63,269 bases of DNA, filler included, from Reticulomyxa filosa (GCA_000512085.1; 13 parts of 13 records of this genome joined end to end with filler, not necessarily neighbours in it), one strand, 5' to 3'. Positions 1-14,200 are shown, counted from the first letter of the whole stretch. The notes: generated by a model not told the origin, from the letters alone. Made by a program: numbers and translations.

Positions 1-936
1 CTCCCAGGTTCCTTCAACATTCATATATTTATAGGGCCTTGCCCTACATATTTCAGAATCTGTTGTTAACATTTTGTTTTGTTTTTTTTTATAAATTAAA
101 AAAAATAATAAATATTTTTATTTAATTTCTCTTCATTTTCATTCAATAAATCAAATATAAATTTATTTTCATCTTCTACATATAATTTTTTTTTATTCTT
201 TTGTTGATATTATATATTATCATGATATAAAAATTTTTCTGATTCTGGTGCTATTGTGAAAATAAAATAGCTCCACCACTTACATCAAATACAAAATCAA
301 ATGATGTTGATGCAGGAGTTTTTGATTGTTGAAATACGATTTTCTTTGATCCAAATATTGATTCAATCTCATCAACCTTTTTCGATAAATATGTTCATAT
401 ACTTGACTGTGAGTATTGCGGTACTGACACTTGAACAAATCATTAAATGTGAAAGTCGTACAAACGTAACAGAACCAACATTCAATTGTTGTTGACTAGT
501 AAAATTCGACAAAAAATCTTGATCCGACGACATCTTCTGGTTCAAAATAGTTAATATAAAAAGGAATTGAACTGTTTTTTTTTAATTGGAGTTAACAGTT
601 CAAGTTTTTTCAAAGATTTTTCTCTTAAGTTTCAACTTTTTCTTTCGCAAAACAATTTTTTTGAATTAATCCAGACACATGTTGTATTTTGAAAAAAATG
701 ATATGTCTGAAAGTAAAAAAATAAAAAAGCAAACTCTTGAAACTTTGTTCGGTGACGACTAAAAAAGATTAATAAACAATGTACTCCAAATTAAAGCTAG
801 CTAGATTTGGAAAGTGCAATCTTCAAAAAAAAAAGGTAAGACATACAAACAAAATAACACCACAAAATGTTCAAAAAAGTTTTTATTGTTTGTAAATATA
901 TTTAACGTCTTTTTGATTGTTTTATCTAATTTATGT

Positions 937-3900
937 TTATCTTCTTGTTGATGATTGAATTTGGCTATCTATGAAAGCAAACATTTTTTTGCCAAGTACT
1001 TGTGACAATTGATGTTCATTTGTGCGAAGAAGGTTACGATTTCGACGTTTGGAAATGTCTTTCCAAACAACAGGTGGTAATACAACTAATAGCTTACGGA
1101 AGACACGTACATGAACACGGAGTAATTTTTTCCGATCTTTTGGACCGTTTGCCAAGTGCATATCGATAGGCTCCTCGCTACCAATAAACAAAATTTGTTG
1201 CAAAAATTTCATAACAAGTCGAACTTGTTGTTTTCTGGAGAGTAAGTTTGTGTTTCGAAATAAAAAATCTAAAAAATCGTTGAGCACGGATAATTGGCAT
1301 CGTTCTAGTAGTCGTTTCAAGTAACTGTGGAATATATGATGTTGTTGTTGTTGGTTGAATGAATGTGGGAATAATTTGGCAAAACAAAGCATAATAGACA
1401 AAACTCGTAAGGAATAGCCCATTCTTTGAAAATATGTGGATAAAACTTGGCAGTATGAATGACAATAAAATGTTGAGTTTGATTGCCATAAAAACTGCGA
1501 AATTTATCCAAATTGGCTCTTTGTAGCATCGGCTCAACAGTTAATCGAACTAAAGACTCGATATTCTTGGCCATGGCTTTTAGTTTGGTGGTTTTGTTCC
1601 ATCCCAGCCATTCTTCCCAGGTTTTAATAAAGGGAATGTCAAACGTATATTCCAAAATGAGTTCCCATAATGCATAGTATTGACTTTTGTTCGGAGAAGA
1701 AGAAGAAGAAGAGGAGGAGGGAGATGACGGAGTAGAGGATAGAGAGGAGATATCAGACAACAACGTTTTACCTTCCAAATACGAAAGATGTGGTGTAAAA
1801 CAAATTTCAAAGAAAGACTTGGATCTCAGTCCACAAATGACTTCCATCACATTTAGCCATTGATATAACAATACAACAAACTCTTCCAACATAATTTCCG
1901 AGATATTTTCTTTTTCTCCACTTTCGACAAAAGGCCGAACATCTCTTTGAATAAATGTCTGCACATGAGTCGTTATCATTGGCATGCAGCCAATATATAA
2001 CAAATCGAACAGAACTGCTGTCACCGGCAAATTGGACAAATTGCCATCCAAAAATTTAAACGTGCTTCTTCTAGGATTGGAGCTCGGGTTGGCATTGTCA
2101 TTGTCATTTAAGCTATTCCATGTCGAGGTATTGTTCATGTTGTTTAGTGTCAGTATTGTGGGTTGATAATCGACAAGTAATAAAAAGTGTCGAATTAATT
2201 GCGTCCCGCTGATGGGCGTAGGTGGTTGGTAATGTTGAAGGTATTGTTCACTGTGATGATGATCATGTCCATATTCATGTCCATGTCCATGTCCATGTTC
2301 AGGACACACGGGCCATGTGTTTGTCGAATTTCTTCGTCGTTTTTGTTGTTGCTGTTGTTGTTGCTGTTGTTGTTGTTGTTGCTGCTGCTGCTGTTGTTGT
2401 TGTTGTTGTTGTTGTTGCTGTTGCGTAGTTTGCAATACGCTGCGGTTATCAAATAACTGAGATAAAATGTGCTGTTTACTTTCAAACAATTGACCATGTT
2501 TTTTTTTTGTGTACTTATATGCCAATTTATCGTGCAATTTGCCACTCACGTCCAACTTCACCACATAGCTGTATTCCAATATAAAGTTGATATACTGTAA
2601 GTCGTGGTTTATGTTACCCTCTTCGCTTGTGTGATAAATGCTTTGGTCTAATATATTCCACAGCATATCGCAAATCTTCGTTTCAAATGTAGTCAAAAAT
2701 GAGGGTGCTTTGTTTCGATCCTTTAATATGATACCGATCGTTGTTTTTTGTTTTTTTTTGTTTTTTTTTTTAAAAAAAAAAAGGGGGTCTTTTTGTTTCT
2801 ATTGTCCGTTTGCAAAAGATAAGATGTATTATACGTAGTTATTATTATTATTTTTTTTTTTCTTTTTTAAACTTGTGAACTGGTGAGAGTATCTTCGTTT
2901 TTATTATTCTGTAAAAGAGAAGACGGTGGGACGGAAAGTGAAGGTTCGATATTTTGGAATATTCGAAAACTTATGTTGGAAAGGTGGAAGGCAATCAAAC
3001 GAGCGACTGGTAAGGAAAAAAAAGTTTTTCGAGCATTTTCTAAAACAGTACCAATGACATGGCTTTTTTTTGTAGCAATGGCGTTGTCTTCTGATTTTTT
3101 CTCATCTTCTGTTTTCATGTACCCATTTGTACTCGGTTCATACGTGGGAAGAAATTTCTTGTCATTGTTGTTGTAACTTTCCATCGAAGATTGCATTGAA
3201 CTTGAACTCGGCATGTCATTCACTTCATTTTTTTCTTTTTCTTTTTCTTTTTCTTTATCTTTATCTTTTTCCTTTTCCTTCAAGTAAGGCAAGGATGGCA
3301 AATTAGCTGACTCATCTTTGCTGATGGATGGAATGGAAAGATTCAAATCGGGTAAGGAACATATGAGCCGGGTATTGGCCATATCAAAATTAGTCTTTGT
3401 GACACTTCGGGACTCCTCTCGAACATAACTGTTGGTGGATTTAAAAGGTGGCAATGGACGCAGATGATGATAGGTTTGGGAACGCCGTTGCTTTTTGCTA
3501 TGCGAAAACAACGAGTCTTCCAACGATTGCACAAACTGCTTTCGGCGATCCAAATTGTATAGTAATGTCGGAATACCACTTAAACTATCGCAAATCAATG
3601 ATAAAATATTATGCGATTGCTCACATGTGTAAATGCTATACATCCCTGCTTCGCTTTTTTGTTTCTTCTCTCCGTCTATATTCCACTCTTTTGAATTGTT
3701 ATTGCCATAATAGTGATGGACTATCTTGTGCAGGTACTGTTGATAGTAATAGCCCACCAATGGATCATTGATGCCATTTTTTCCAGAAACTTCTTGCTCA
3801 TCTTTCATCTGCTCCATGCATAGTGGTGCATGCATAATGCTCTCGAACATACTTGTCGTCTTTTCTATCTTTTGCTTCTTTTCAATTCGATTGTTACTCT

Positions 3901-4141
3901 GCTTTGGCTCACTCACCTTTGTCAGAGGTACTTCCACATTTTTTTCATCCAAGTCTTCTTCGCTCTCGTCGTTCCACTCCTCACGTCTTTCTTCAAACTG
4001 CTCAATTGACTCATCTTCGTCCAAGTCATTCAGTAACTCGTTTGCAAGGATCAACGTGGCTCCACATTCACCGTCTGATTTTTTTGGATCTATATCCACA
4101 CCCACGTTGGGTTCATGGGCATTACCGCACAATTGACCCAT
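937..4141 (-). CDS. Spliced hypothetical protein (~990 aa) with N-terminal MGQLCG acylation motif and poly-Q tract
   Basis: Three ORFs join in frame through GT-AG introns: exons 4141-2873, 2720-1405 and 1324-937 (junctions SSQ|DRNK, phase 0; IPY-D-YLKR, phase 2). No family recognised. Confidence 0.65.
2343..2422 (-). repeat. CAA/CAG trinucleotide repeat (poly-Q, coding)
   Basis: Direct reading; translates to about 27 Q. Confidence 0.95.
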
Positions 4142-4501
4142 TTCAAAAATTTGGGCTTACGTGTTCTTCTGCGGATTTCCTCATTTCACCAAACTTTCAC
4201 TGCCATCACTTTGAGAAAAGAGGTGTATTTTAACTGGTTTTAGTTATTTTATCCTTATCTTTGACAGCTTACAAACAATTACTGTCTTTAGAATAAAGGC
4301 GCCGCGTTCCAAAATTTGAACTGTCATTAGTTTCTTGCCTATCAAATTTTACTATTTCTCTCGCAAAAACATTGCCTCGTCACTTTTAGCAGTAACGAAA
4401 GCCCTTGTGGAAGTTCAGGTGGATTTTATTTTCATAGTCTTTTTTGGTATTTGGTGAAATTTTATATTTAAGGAATATTCAACTACCTTTTTGAGAAACA
4501 G

Positions 4502-6149
4502 ATGGTAAACTGTTTAAAACTTCAAAATCAATAAAGCAAAAAAAAAAAAAAACCAGAGTCTCGTTGTCTAAACAGTTGTCACTCTGAATGAATAGACAGA
4601 AGAACTAGAACCCCAATCTTCCGCTGATGACTGGGCTCAATGGGAAATTGTGGACGTACGATCAGAATCCAAACAAAGTTTTTTTTCTTTCCCTTTTCTG
4701 CCATTGATCATCTAAAAAAAAAAAATTGACCCCCTTTTAAAGAAACACGTACACGAAATTAAAAAAAATTTTCACTCCTTTTCATTGACAGTACCATCAC
4801 CAAAGTGTTCCAGTATCAAGCTCCCTTCAAACGATGTTAGTGGTGCTTTTTTTTTTTTTTTAATTAAAATATCTGAAGAAGAGAACGAAGGGGAGAAAAA
4901 AAATCCTGAAAGGAGGATAAAACGATATTTTTTAAGCCTTGAGGGGGGGGTGGTGAAAACTGATAAATGTGGAAAAGGCGACACAAAGCCAGTTATTATG
5001 CAACGATGATGAAGAAAAAGACAGCATATTAAAAAGTGGACAGCATGTTGGACAAGTGGACGAGGAATGTGATTTAGAGGAAGAGTACAGACGACAACAA
5101 CAGAGATTGGAACAAGAAAGAACGAAATGCCGTCTGTTGAGTCGCGACTTACAACAATCAATGCTGTTGATCCAAAACAACCACTTGCAGTATCAAAAAA
5201 ACCTTAGCAATGGAAAACCACAAAACAAGATCGACGAGATGGAATACCAACGAATAAAAGAAGAAAATGAAAAAGTTAAATGTCCAAGTGTTGTTGTTTT
5301 TTTTTTTTTTTTGTTTGCATTACAAACTCAAACGCGACCAGTCAAAAAAAAAAAAAAAAAAATTAAAATAAAAAATAAAAAATAAAAAACACAAATAGAA
5401 TATGCGTTTGTTGTCAATGCAAAAAGAAGAATCAGAAAATATAATCCAACAATTGTTTCGCAACAATGAAGATCTAAAAAAAAAATTGGATGATACTTGC
5501 CAACAACGAGAAAACGACAAAAAACAACAACAACGAAAAGAGAAGGAATATGCAAAAGAAGTGGAACGCAATAAACAGTTACAAATGAAACGCGAAATTG
5601 AACAAGAATTAATTAAGAAAGAAAAAGAATTGGTCGAAAAAGAAAAGGAAATTATGAAAAAGGAAAAAGAAGGGTTATTGTTGTTGCAGCAACAACAACA
5701 GCAGCAACAATTGCAGTTGCAACAACAGTTTCAACAATTACAGCTACAGCAGCAGCAGCAACAACAACAGCAACAACAACAGCAACAACAACAGCAGCAA
5801 CAGCAACAACAACAAAAGCAACAACAACAACAACAGCAACAAAGCAAAGCCAAAAGTCCCAAACAACGCCCTAACAAAAAAAAAGAGTGGAAATGCCGAT
5901 TGTGCGGTACTAACAATCATGAGTCATTTCAAAATTGCCAAAGCTGTGGCCAAATGCAACACTATGATGATAGCAACAAAGAACTGCTGACTGTGAAGGG
6001 GATTATTGGCAATGATATTTGGAAACCCTGTGAAGAACAAGAATATGGATGGATTTTACAAAATAACAGTTTTGTCCACTTTAAAACAATTTGTCTGTTT
6101 TGTTGTGTTGGTATGGCGCTTGTCCTTTGTTATTATACACTATTACTGA
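4502..6149 (+). CDS. Coiled-coil, poly-Q protein with RanBP2-type zinc finger (3' truncated by linker)
   Basis: WKCRLCGTNNHESFQNCQSC fits W-x-C-x2-C-x3-N-x6-C-x2-C. Exons can be joined by GT-AG introns (ATG|GTAAAC...AG|ACAGAAGAA; EEN-EK|GTTAAA...ATAG|NMRL). The 5' exon model is inferred. Confidence 0.65.
5686..5843 (+). repeat. CAA/CAG repeat (poly-Q, coding)
   Basis: Direct reading. Confidence 0.95.
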
Positions 6150-6249
6150 NNNNNNNNNNNNNNNNNNNNNNNNNNNNNNNNNNNNNNNNNNNNTTAATTA
6201 ATTAANNNNNNNNNNNNNNNNNNNNNNNNNNNNNNNNNNNNNNNNNNNN
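6150..6249. other. Artificial contig linker (44N-TTAATTAATTAA-44N)
   Basis: Identical 100-bp spacer with stops in all six frames, present 12 times in the window. Confidence 0.99.
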
Positions 6250-6766
6250 TTTTTTTTTTTTGTTAACAGTTGCTCCGTCAACTCATTTGTTTAACTTCTG
6301 CTTGGTGAAGCGAGGAGATATCGTTTTCTTGGTAGTTTATTTGTAATCAATTTTCAAATTTAAGAAAAAATGTCTACTCAATATTCGAATCAATATTATT
6401 CCTTCACGAAACCTTTAATTGTATGCATTGATTAAACATGAAACAGTAATCAAATCTTTGTAAACGTTTGAGCTTACAATTACATTTTACCCCGCTAATT
6501 TGTAGTGCATCTTGAATAGTATGCACGTTCTAATAGACCCATATCATGTGACCTTTGTTGATAAAAAATATATTTATTCAAGAGATTTTTTATATGACTT
6601 TGAATGAATTTAAAACCGTATTAAAATTTGACACACTAATGTTGTATAGCAGATTCTAATCTTCAAAAGTATTTATTTTTTCAAACAAAAATTTAAATAA
6701 AATAGATGTAAATTACTTCGAACAATTGAACTCTCCCAAATTTTTACAAAAGAAGACGAAAAGGAC

Positions 6767-9700
6767 TTATGTTTGACGGCGTTGATGTTTTTGTAAACAA
6801 ATGTTCCAAGTTTGTTGAAGTTGAGTAATTTGGTTATTCAAGGTCATTAAATGATCAAAATGCCATGAATCACAATGTTCAAACATTTGTTTATTGATAT
6901 CAGCAAGAGATTGTTCTAGTTTAGTGCTTAGTTCTTTTATTTTTTGTGATGGAGGTGATACATTATATATGGAAGGAGAAGAAGTATTAAAATCAATATT
7001 ATTTAATATACTATGACGCTGAAAACGATATTTACTCCGCATCTTGAAATATCTTTGGCTAATGTCATTTTCATTTTCATTCTCTTTATTTTCTAAAGGT
7101 CTTTTCCGATTTTTTTGTTTGTTTGTTTGTTTGGATGAATTGTAAGTATAATTACTGTTGGTACTACTGTTCGATATCATACCCTCTGAATATGATCTCA
7201 CTCCCACAAGTGGATATTCAAATGAAAATTTTTTTTTTGATTCATTTTGATCACACTTGTCATTTTGATCACACTTGTCATTCTGGTCACTCTTGTCATT
7301 CTGGTCATTTTGTTCTTGACTATCCTTTGCTTCACTAAGGGCCAAAAAAACACCAACAAAACATAAATGAGTGCAAACAAATAAAAAGAAATATGAAATT
7401 TAACAGAGGAAAGAGTCGTGTTTGAATTTGTTGAGTATCAATAACCGATTGTTTTTCTTCATCTCTTGGAAATGATTCATACATTAAATCAGCTTTTTCG
7501 GAATTGGTAAGATTATAATGACCACTTTCAAGTTTTTCAGTTTTTGCAATACTAACAACTTTTTTAGTAACATTTGGAATTGGGGTTGTTGTTTTACTGT
7601 TATTGACATTACTAATCTGAAAATCGAAAGAACTTTCAAGATCGTCAATATCTTCACTTTTTTCAATATTGTCAAAACTTGAAGAGAGTAATACCTGCAT
7701 TTATGATTTTATATTAAATTTCCTAATTAAAAATAAAATAGAAAATAAAAATAACTGTATCATTTATTTTTTCTTTTGCCTATTTGGAATAATAATTTTC
7801 TGGAATTGAACAATCTCAGCGCATAAAGAACAAACATATGGAATATCAACATCAATATCAGTACCAATATCAACATTATGATTTTCTTTTATTTGATGAA
7901 TTAATGATTGTATTTGTTGAGATAATTCAATGATAATTGGTTCGAAAATAATCACAAGATTATTATTATTATTATTATCCGCTATTTTTTGAGTTAATTG
8001 AATAAAAATTTGAAATATACATTGGATGATATTTTGATTAAGCAAAAAAATTTGGTCTTGGAGTAATTGCCGTTTATTGTCAACAGAGAGTAAATATAAA
8101 ATATGTTGACAAATTTGTTGAATAATAATAATAATGGTTTTCAAATGTTGTACAGGAAAATTTATAGCTTGTATAACATTGATATCAATTGTATCGTCAT
8201 AAGAATAATTTAAATCAAAATAGTGATGATTGCTGCTATGATTACTGTCATTATCGCTACCATTGTTGTTATCATTAAATTCCAATGGCATCACTTTTAA
8301 ATAATCCCATATGTGCATCACATACTGTATGTTTTCTTGTAATATTGAATATTGTGCTTGAAAACTCATTTCATTTGGATTAATTAATTGGTTTGAATCT
8401 AATACAGTAAATGGGTATATGTTACTTTGTTTGCAATGATGATGCCATAATTGTAAAATAAACAATGAAAAATTAGGATAGTTACTATTATTGTGATGAT
8501 TGATAAAATCCACAATATAATTGGAAATATCTTTAGATAAATTATGATTGGAAATGCAATCCCAAAAATGTAATAAAATGCAGTTTAAATACATTAATAA
8601 TTTTGTTTTTAATGGCTGATTGTATATTACATCATCATTATTCCCAAACATTGGAATAATCGTTATTATCATATTAATTATTGTGTTAATATTATCTTTA
8701 TCATCTTCTTCTAGGTTTTTGCATGTTTCAAAAAAAGTGATAATCAACATGATTGCAATTCGTATCGATGTTAAATTTTTATACGTGCGGCATCCACAAA
8801 TAACAAATTGCACAAAGTCTTGTAAGCAAAATATCCAATTTTTTGATTTAATCTCAAAACATGTAATTGATGAGTTAATATTGATATTTTTGTGTCCAAC
8901 AACTTGTAATAATTGTAAAGGTGAAAAAATGAAATTATTATCATTGTTGTTGTTACTACCGTTATTATTGCCATTACTATTGTTATTATCATCAGCAAAT
9001 AAATAATCATTAAATGATAATGAAAGAGAAGAATTAAATTTAAAAGATAAATGCTTTGAATTTATTTTAAGTGCATTTTTGTTCCTAATTTTTGTATATA
9101 ATAGATGCATTAATATAACGTTGATATAGCTCCATAATTGTTTATCTTTGAAATCCAATGCAAGATAAATGATAGGTTTTATGTCTAACTCATAAACAAT
9201 GGATTCACAAGTGTCAGTATTTGTATTTGTATTGCTATGTGGTCGTCGTGAAATAACTGACGCAAACATAGTATTCGATTGACAAATAATTTGTATAACA
9301 TAACACCAAGCATCTAATGCTTGTATTTTGACATCAATGCTCGGATCACAACGAAGACAATGCAAAATGGGTTTTATAAATAATTCACAATAATTTTGTT
9401 TTCTCACAGTATAATGGTCATCAGCACGAGTAAAAGCCCAAACAAAATATTTCCATTGTTTAAAAGCATGGATCCGAATCAATGGTTGTTCATTTGCAAG
9501 TGATCGAGTGATTATATCTAATAGCGGTTGAGTAAATTGCAATGCATAGTCTCTATTATTTACAAATAAACTGTTAATCACAACAAAGACTCCCCATAAA
9601 GATATCATTCGAAATGTATTGTTGTCGTTGATATTGTTATTCGATTGTCCGCAAGGTTCAATATCAAATTGATTGCAAGAAAATATATTATTGTGATCAT

Positions 9701-10716
9701 TAATAATCGATATAATTAATTCTACAATTAATTGATAACTTTGAAGAATTTGATATCCTTTTTGTTGCTGATCTTTTTTATGGATGTGGTAATAATATTG
9801 AATTTCGTTCTGAAAATATGGAATAGCTTGTATCAATATATCAATACACACATCATAAAAATGTTCATGACAAAATACCGGATTGATAAGCATTTCAATC
9901 AATGGACAAACCCAATCATTTTTATTTTCCAAAAAACTGCAAGAAAATAAAGGTAATAATTGTTTGAATAACGTAATACAATGCATTACCGCGACATATA
10001 ACACATCGTCTTCACTTTCTATTTTCTCATGCTTTTCAATACTTAGTATTTTTTGTTTATCGTTTTTAATAATTTCTTAATTATAGTGTCCAAGTTTTTT
10101 TTAATTGCCATTGAAAGTGTTACATATATTTTTAAGCACTGTAGATCAATCTATATGTTGTGTATAATATATACGCATATATACATTTATACACATTTTA
10201 TGGCTCATTTATTATATCTATTTAACAAAACTTGAATGTCAGTCGATTTATCCATCACATCCACAATCAATGTTAACAATTGCATCACCTTTGATACAAA
10301 TGGTTCATCTTTTCGTAATGACTCATGCAATGTCGACATCACATTTTCTTTTTTTTTTTGTTTATATGATCTATGTTGTATATATTGTATATGTATCTTC
10401 TTCTGTATTAGTTTATTGATATGTATTTATTACCTATTGTCTTCAAAACTATTTTTTGCAATTCTGGTCTTTCAATGTCACGGATCATGACCTGTTCAAA
10501 CAAAATTAAAGAAAGGTATATGCATTCGTAATATTATGAATAATCTATATCAGATCACATAACTATGAAAAAGGTAGCGCTAGTATGCAGATCACTTGTT
10601 TCCGTTTGTGTACACTGTTGCAACTTTTTGTGCAAAGTTAACAGCAGTGCTCCAGATGCTGGATTGCAACAACATAATTCTCCAAGAAGACTGGTCAGGG
10701 TCGAACTTTGTGCCAT
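6767..10716 (-). CDS. RIF1: RIF1-like HEAT-repeat protein (replication timing / telomere-associated), multi-exon
   Basis: ISLWGVFVVI...LLDIITRSLANEQPLIRIHAFKQWKYFVWAF...LFIKPILHCL...VKIQALDAWCYVI resembles the conserved Rif1_N block (LWPLFVKLL...GFRSGAPMIKKIAFIAWKSLI...LLMQPL...KLEVWWYLL). An upstream exon VMIRDIERPELQKIVLKTIG and a C-terminal helical segment are also Rif1-like. Exon boundaries are approximate. Confidence 0.6.
7242..7312 (-). repeat. 18-bp coding tandem repeat (DQNDK[S/C]) x ~4
   Basis: TCATTTTGATCACACTTG units, visible directly. Confidence 0.9.
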
Positions 10717-11228
10717 TCAAGTGTCTTATTTTAGAAAAATATTGATATTTTTTTTTTTTTGGTTTCTCCGAAAGCTCACCAATTTTTTTTCACTGTCCGA
10801 CGGAGTAGTAAAAAATCCGATTATAGTCAACAACACAGGTAAGACACAAAATGAGCAATAGCCAAAACCGTTTTTTTATTGATAGGAAGTAAGTTGATAA
10901 GTGAACCGCTGCCAAAAAAAAAGACAAAACAAAAGATTGTCTCAGATCTTATAAAGTATGATGTCTCATTTTAAAACGTCACAAATGTAGCTTGTAACAT
11001 GCAATATCCAGCATTATTTGGCTGCCAGAACTACATGTTAAAATCAAAAGAAGAAAAAAAAAAGCAATTACAACACAACACATTTTTTACACCTTCTGTG
11101 GAAAAAAGTTTACAAGAAATAACAAACCAACAACTAACAAGATAAAAAAGCTCTAAGTATTGAGACACAGTACAAAAAAAAAAAAAAAAAAAAGGGTGAG
11201 AAAGAGATATTTCAACCACAGCATAATT

Positions 11229-14200
11229 TCATTCAACCTCTTTGTCCTCTTGTAAAGTCAACGGAATTTGATTTCCAATTTCGATTTCGACTTTTGTTAG
11301 AGAACGTCGCTTGTATTTGGGCTGCTTAATGACTTCGACACTTTTGGACCCTTGAGGAACCTCGCTCCGTCTCCCATCCAACAAATGCACCGATGTTGAA
11401 TCGGAAGGGTCGTTATTCTGAACGTTGATATTTTTGGACGGAAGCTTTTCACTAGAGGAGGAAGCTTTCTTCTTACTTTGCGTTTTCTTTTGTGAGCCGT
11501 TGTTTTCAGCGGCGTTCACATCGACCAGAATGTTCTTGTTCTTCAGCTCGTGGACGGAAGGCCTTTTCATTATGTGCGCTTCCAACTTCGTGGACACGCG
11601 CTGTTGATCATGTGCTTTCTTTCCTTTGGCAGAAAATTCGTGACACACGCACATTCAATGCAGAGTTAACAAACCCAATCCATTTTTGTTTTGATAAGCG
11701 TGGAAGCAGGAGAAAAAAAAAAAAAAAAAAAGGAAATATACAAATGTATACATATATGTATACGTATGTGGTGTCTAATTTAACTTTGGACTTTCTTTTG
11801 GTTTTGCAAAGCTTCCCAACCAACACGGGCTTTTTTTAAATCAAAAATAAAATCATCAAACACTTGAATGAGCTGTTCATAGCTCTCATTTTGAGAAAAC
11901 TCAAAGTCGTATTCTTGAGCAATGCGATTGGCAGTTGCACTGCATTCATTCCAGACATCCAAAAGGGTACGACAGCTGTCACGTGCTCTACGATTGAACG
12001 AGCCCATCGACAATTCGAATTTGTTATGAGTGATATCACTCTCTTCGTTTCGATTGTCGTTCTTTTTATTTTTCATGTCTCGATATTTGCGCAGTTCCTT
12101 TTGGAATGTTAGCAGCTCTTCGTCCACCGATATTATATTTTGATATAATTCATGGCCTTTCACTTTGTGTATAGGTTATATACGTGTAATATATGTATAC
12201 GTAGTTTAATTTTGCATCGTCATAACACTTTGCAGTTTTTAGCCACACACATGCATATAAATATAACATATATATGTATTATATATATATATATATATAC
12301 ATTTGGTGGCTTCGCGACAGGCTTTTAAATCGTCAATGACATTCAACACATTAGGGAAGCGCGTCTTGCAATACGAGTAAATATAAGCGAGCAAAGTCAA
12401 AGAGTCGTCGTCGTGACTTTTGACAGTCTTCAAAGTTCGCAGCGATTCCAAATGGAACCCGTGCACTCCGTACTTAACTTTGGAGCTCTTTCCCGACGCA
12501 TTGGCGTGCAGAAAATTGCCAAAGGCCAGCACAATTTGCAAGAGTTTGCGCAGGTTTTCGGACTTGTCGATAGCGGTTAGAGCGTTTTTGAATAAGCACA
12601 GTTCGTTGTACTTTTCGTCCAATCGATCCTCGAGCTTGTGTGTCATCAATTTTTTTTTTTTTTTTGGTACAATAATAACAACGACTTTTCAAATCAAATC
12701 AAAACAAAACAAAACAAAACAAAAAAAAAAAAAGACAAGCAAGACCTTGTCAAAGAATAACTTTAAGTTTGAACAACCAAAGTTTCAATTTCGCATCCAA
12801 AAACTCCATATCGGCGAGATGATAAAAGAAGATTTCGACATCGGACAGGTCGGACTTTTTGGCTTGCAACACGTTGACTTTGTGCAAAACGAACTCCTTT
12901 TCCTCTTTTGCCGGGACAACGGTCAACAGCTCTTCGATCACGCTTTTGCCTAGTTTGGTCTCGTCTGCGTCCAAAATGTACGTGCGGATTTGCGACGAAG
13001 GCAGGAATATGCGTTTCAACGCCTCTCGTACCGACTTGTTGCGTCGAGGACTGATGCCCGCTATCACCCCTTCCTTCTTTGTTGGTGCGACTTGTCTTGC
13101 ATGTCCCCCTTTGTTGTCCGAGCTATTGGGGTCTATTTGTCATTTGTTACAATTTATTATGATTTGTTATGACTTATGTGTATGCATGTATGTGTATATG
13201 CATGTATGTGTGTATATGTTGCAACTTGCGAAAAAATAAAAGTTAGACACAAACTTGAATCTGTTCTTCGGAATAACACTTCAAACTCTTGGGGGATAAG
13301 GATCGCCTCGTTGTCATTTGTAGATGTCATCGCAATGGATCGCCACAAGGTCCCTGTGATGTATTCGTTTTCAATTGGGACCCAGTTCCACGACTGCACG
13401 GACGTCGAAGGGACCTGCCTCAATTTTTTGGGGGGCAAGACGCCCACTACCGATAGTCTTTTCGTGCGTTTTCGAACTTGTAAAAAAAAAAAAAAGGGGG
13501 GGACACACACACGCACATACTTGTCATTATTATCATTCTCATTTAAATAACTAATATAGTTAACAGTTTTAATAAATTTTTTTTTTAAAAAAAAGAGCAA
13601 AACAAACTGCTGTCATTGTCTTCTCTCTTAATCTCTTCAGTGGCTTCACGGTTATTTGCAACAGTCGCAGCGTTGGTCTGCAACATCTCCATTTTTTCCT
13701 TTAAAGTGCCAATTGTGTTTTTAAGCAGATGGTTTTCTTGGTCCAACGTATAAAACTTTTTTTTCCATTCTTCCAATTCCCTTTCAACATCCTTCGTGTT
13801 GTTATCGTTATTATTATTATTATTGTTATTATTGTTATTATTGTTGTTGATGACAACGACGTTGGACTTGCTCGCTCCTTTATTTTCAGTCGCGCTGCGA
13901 TCTTGCAACTGTTTATCATTGCTGAGTTGACGGGGAAGTTCCGACTCACTTCGTGTGAGTTTTCGCGCGGCGAACATTGGCTTCGTGCGATTGCCGCGCG
14001 GCGTGGAGCTGCGATAAATGTATTTGGACTTTTCGTCGGCCGCGCCATTTGCTCCCGACGTCTTGTCTTTCTTGCTGGACGGGACATTGGCTGTGGACGC
14101 GCGGATCAATGGTGGCGCATCTTCTGAGGCCGCGTCTGACGATGAAGAAGACGACGATGATGAAGAAGAAGAAGAAGACGATGATGAAGATGAAGGGTCT

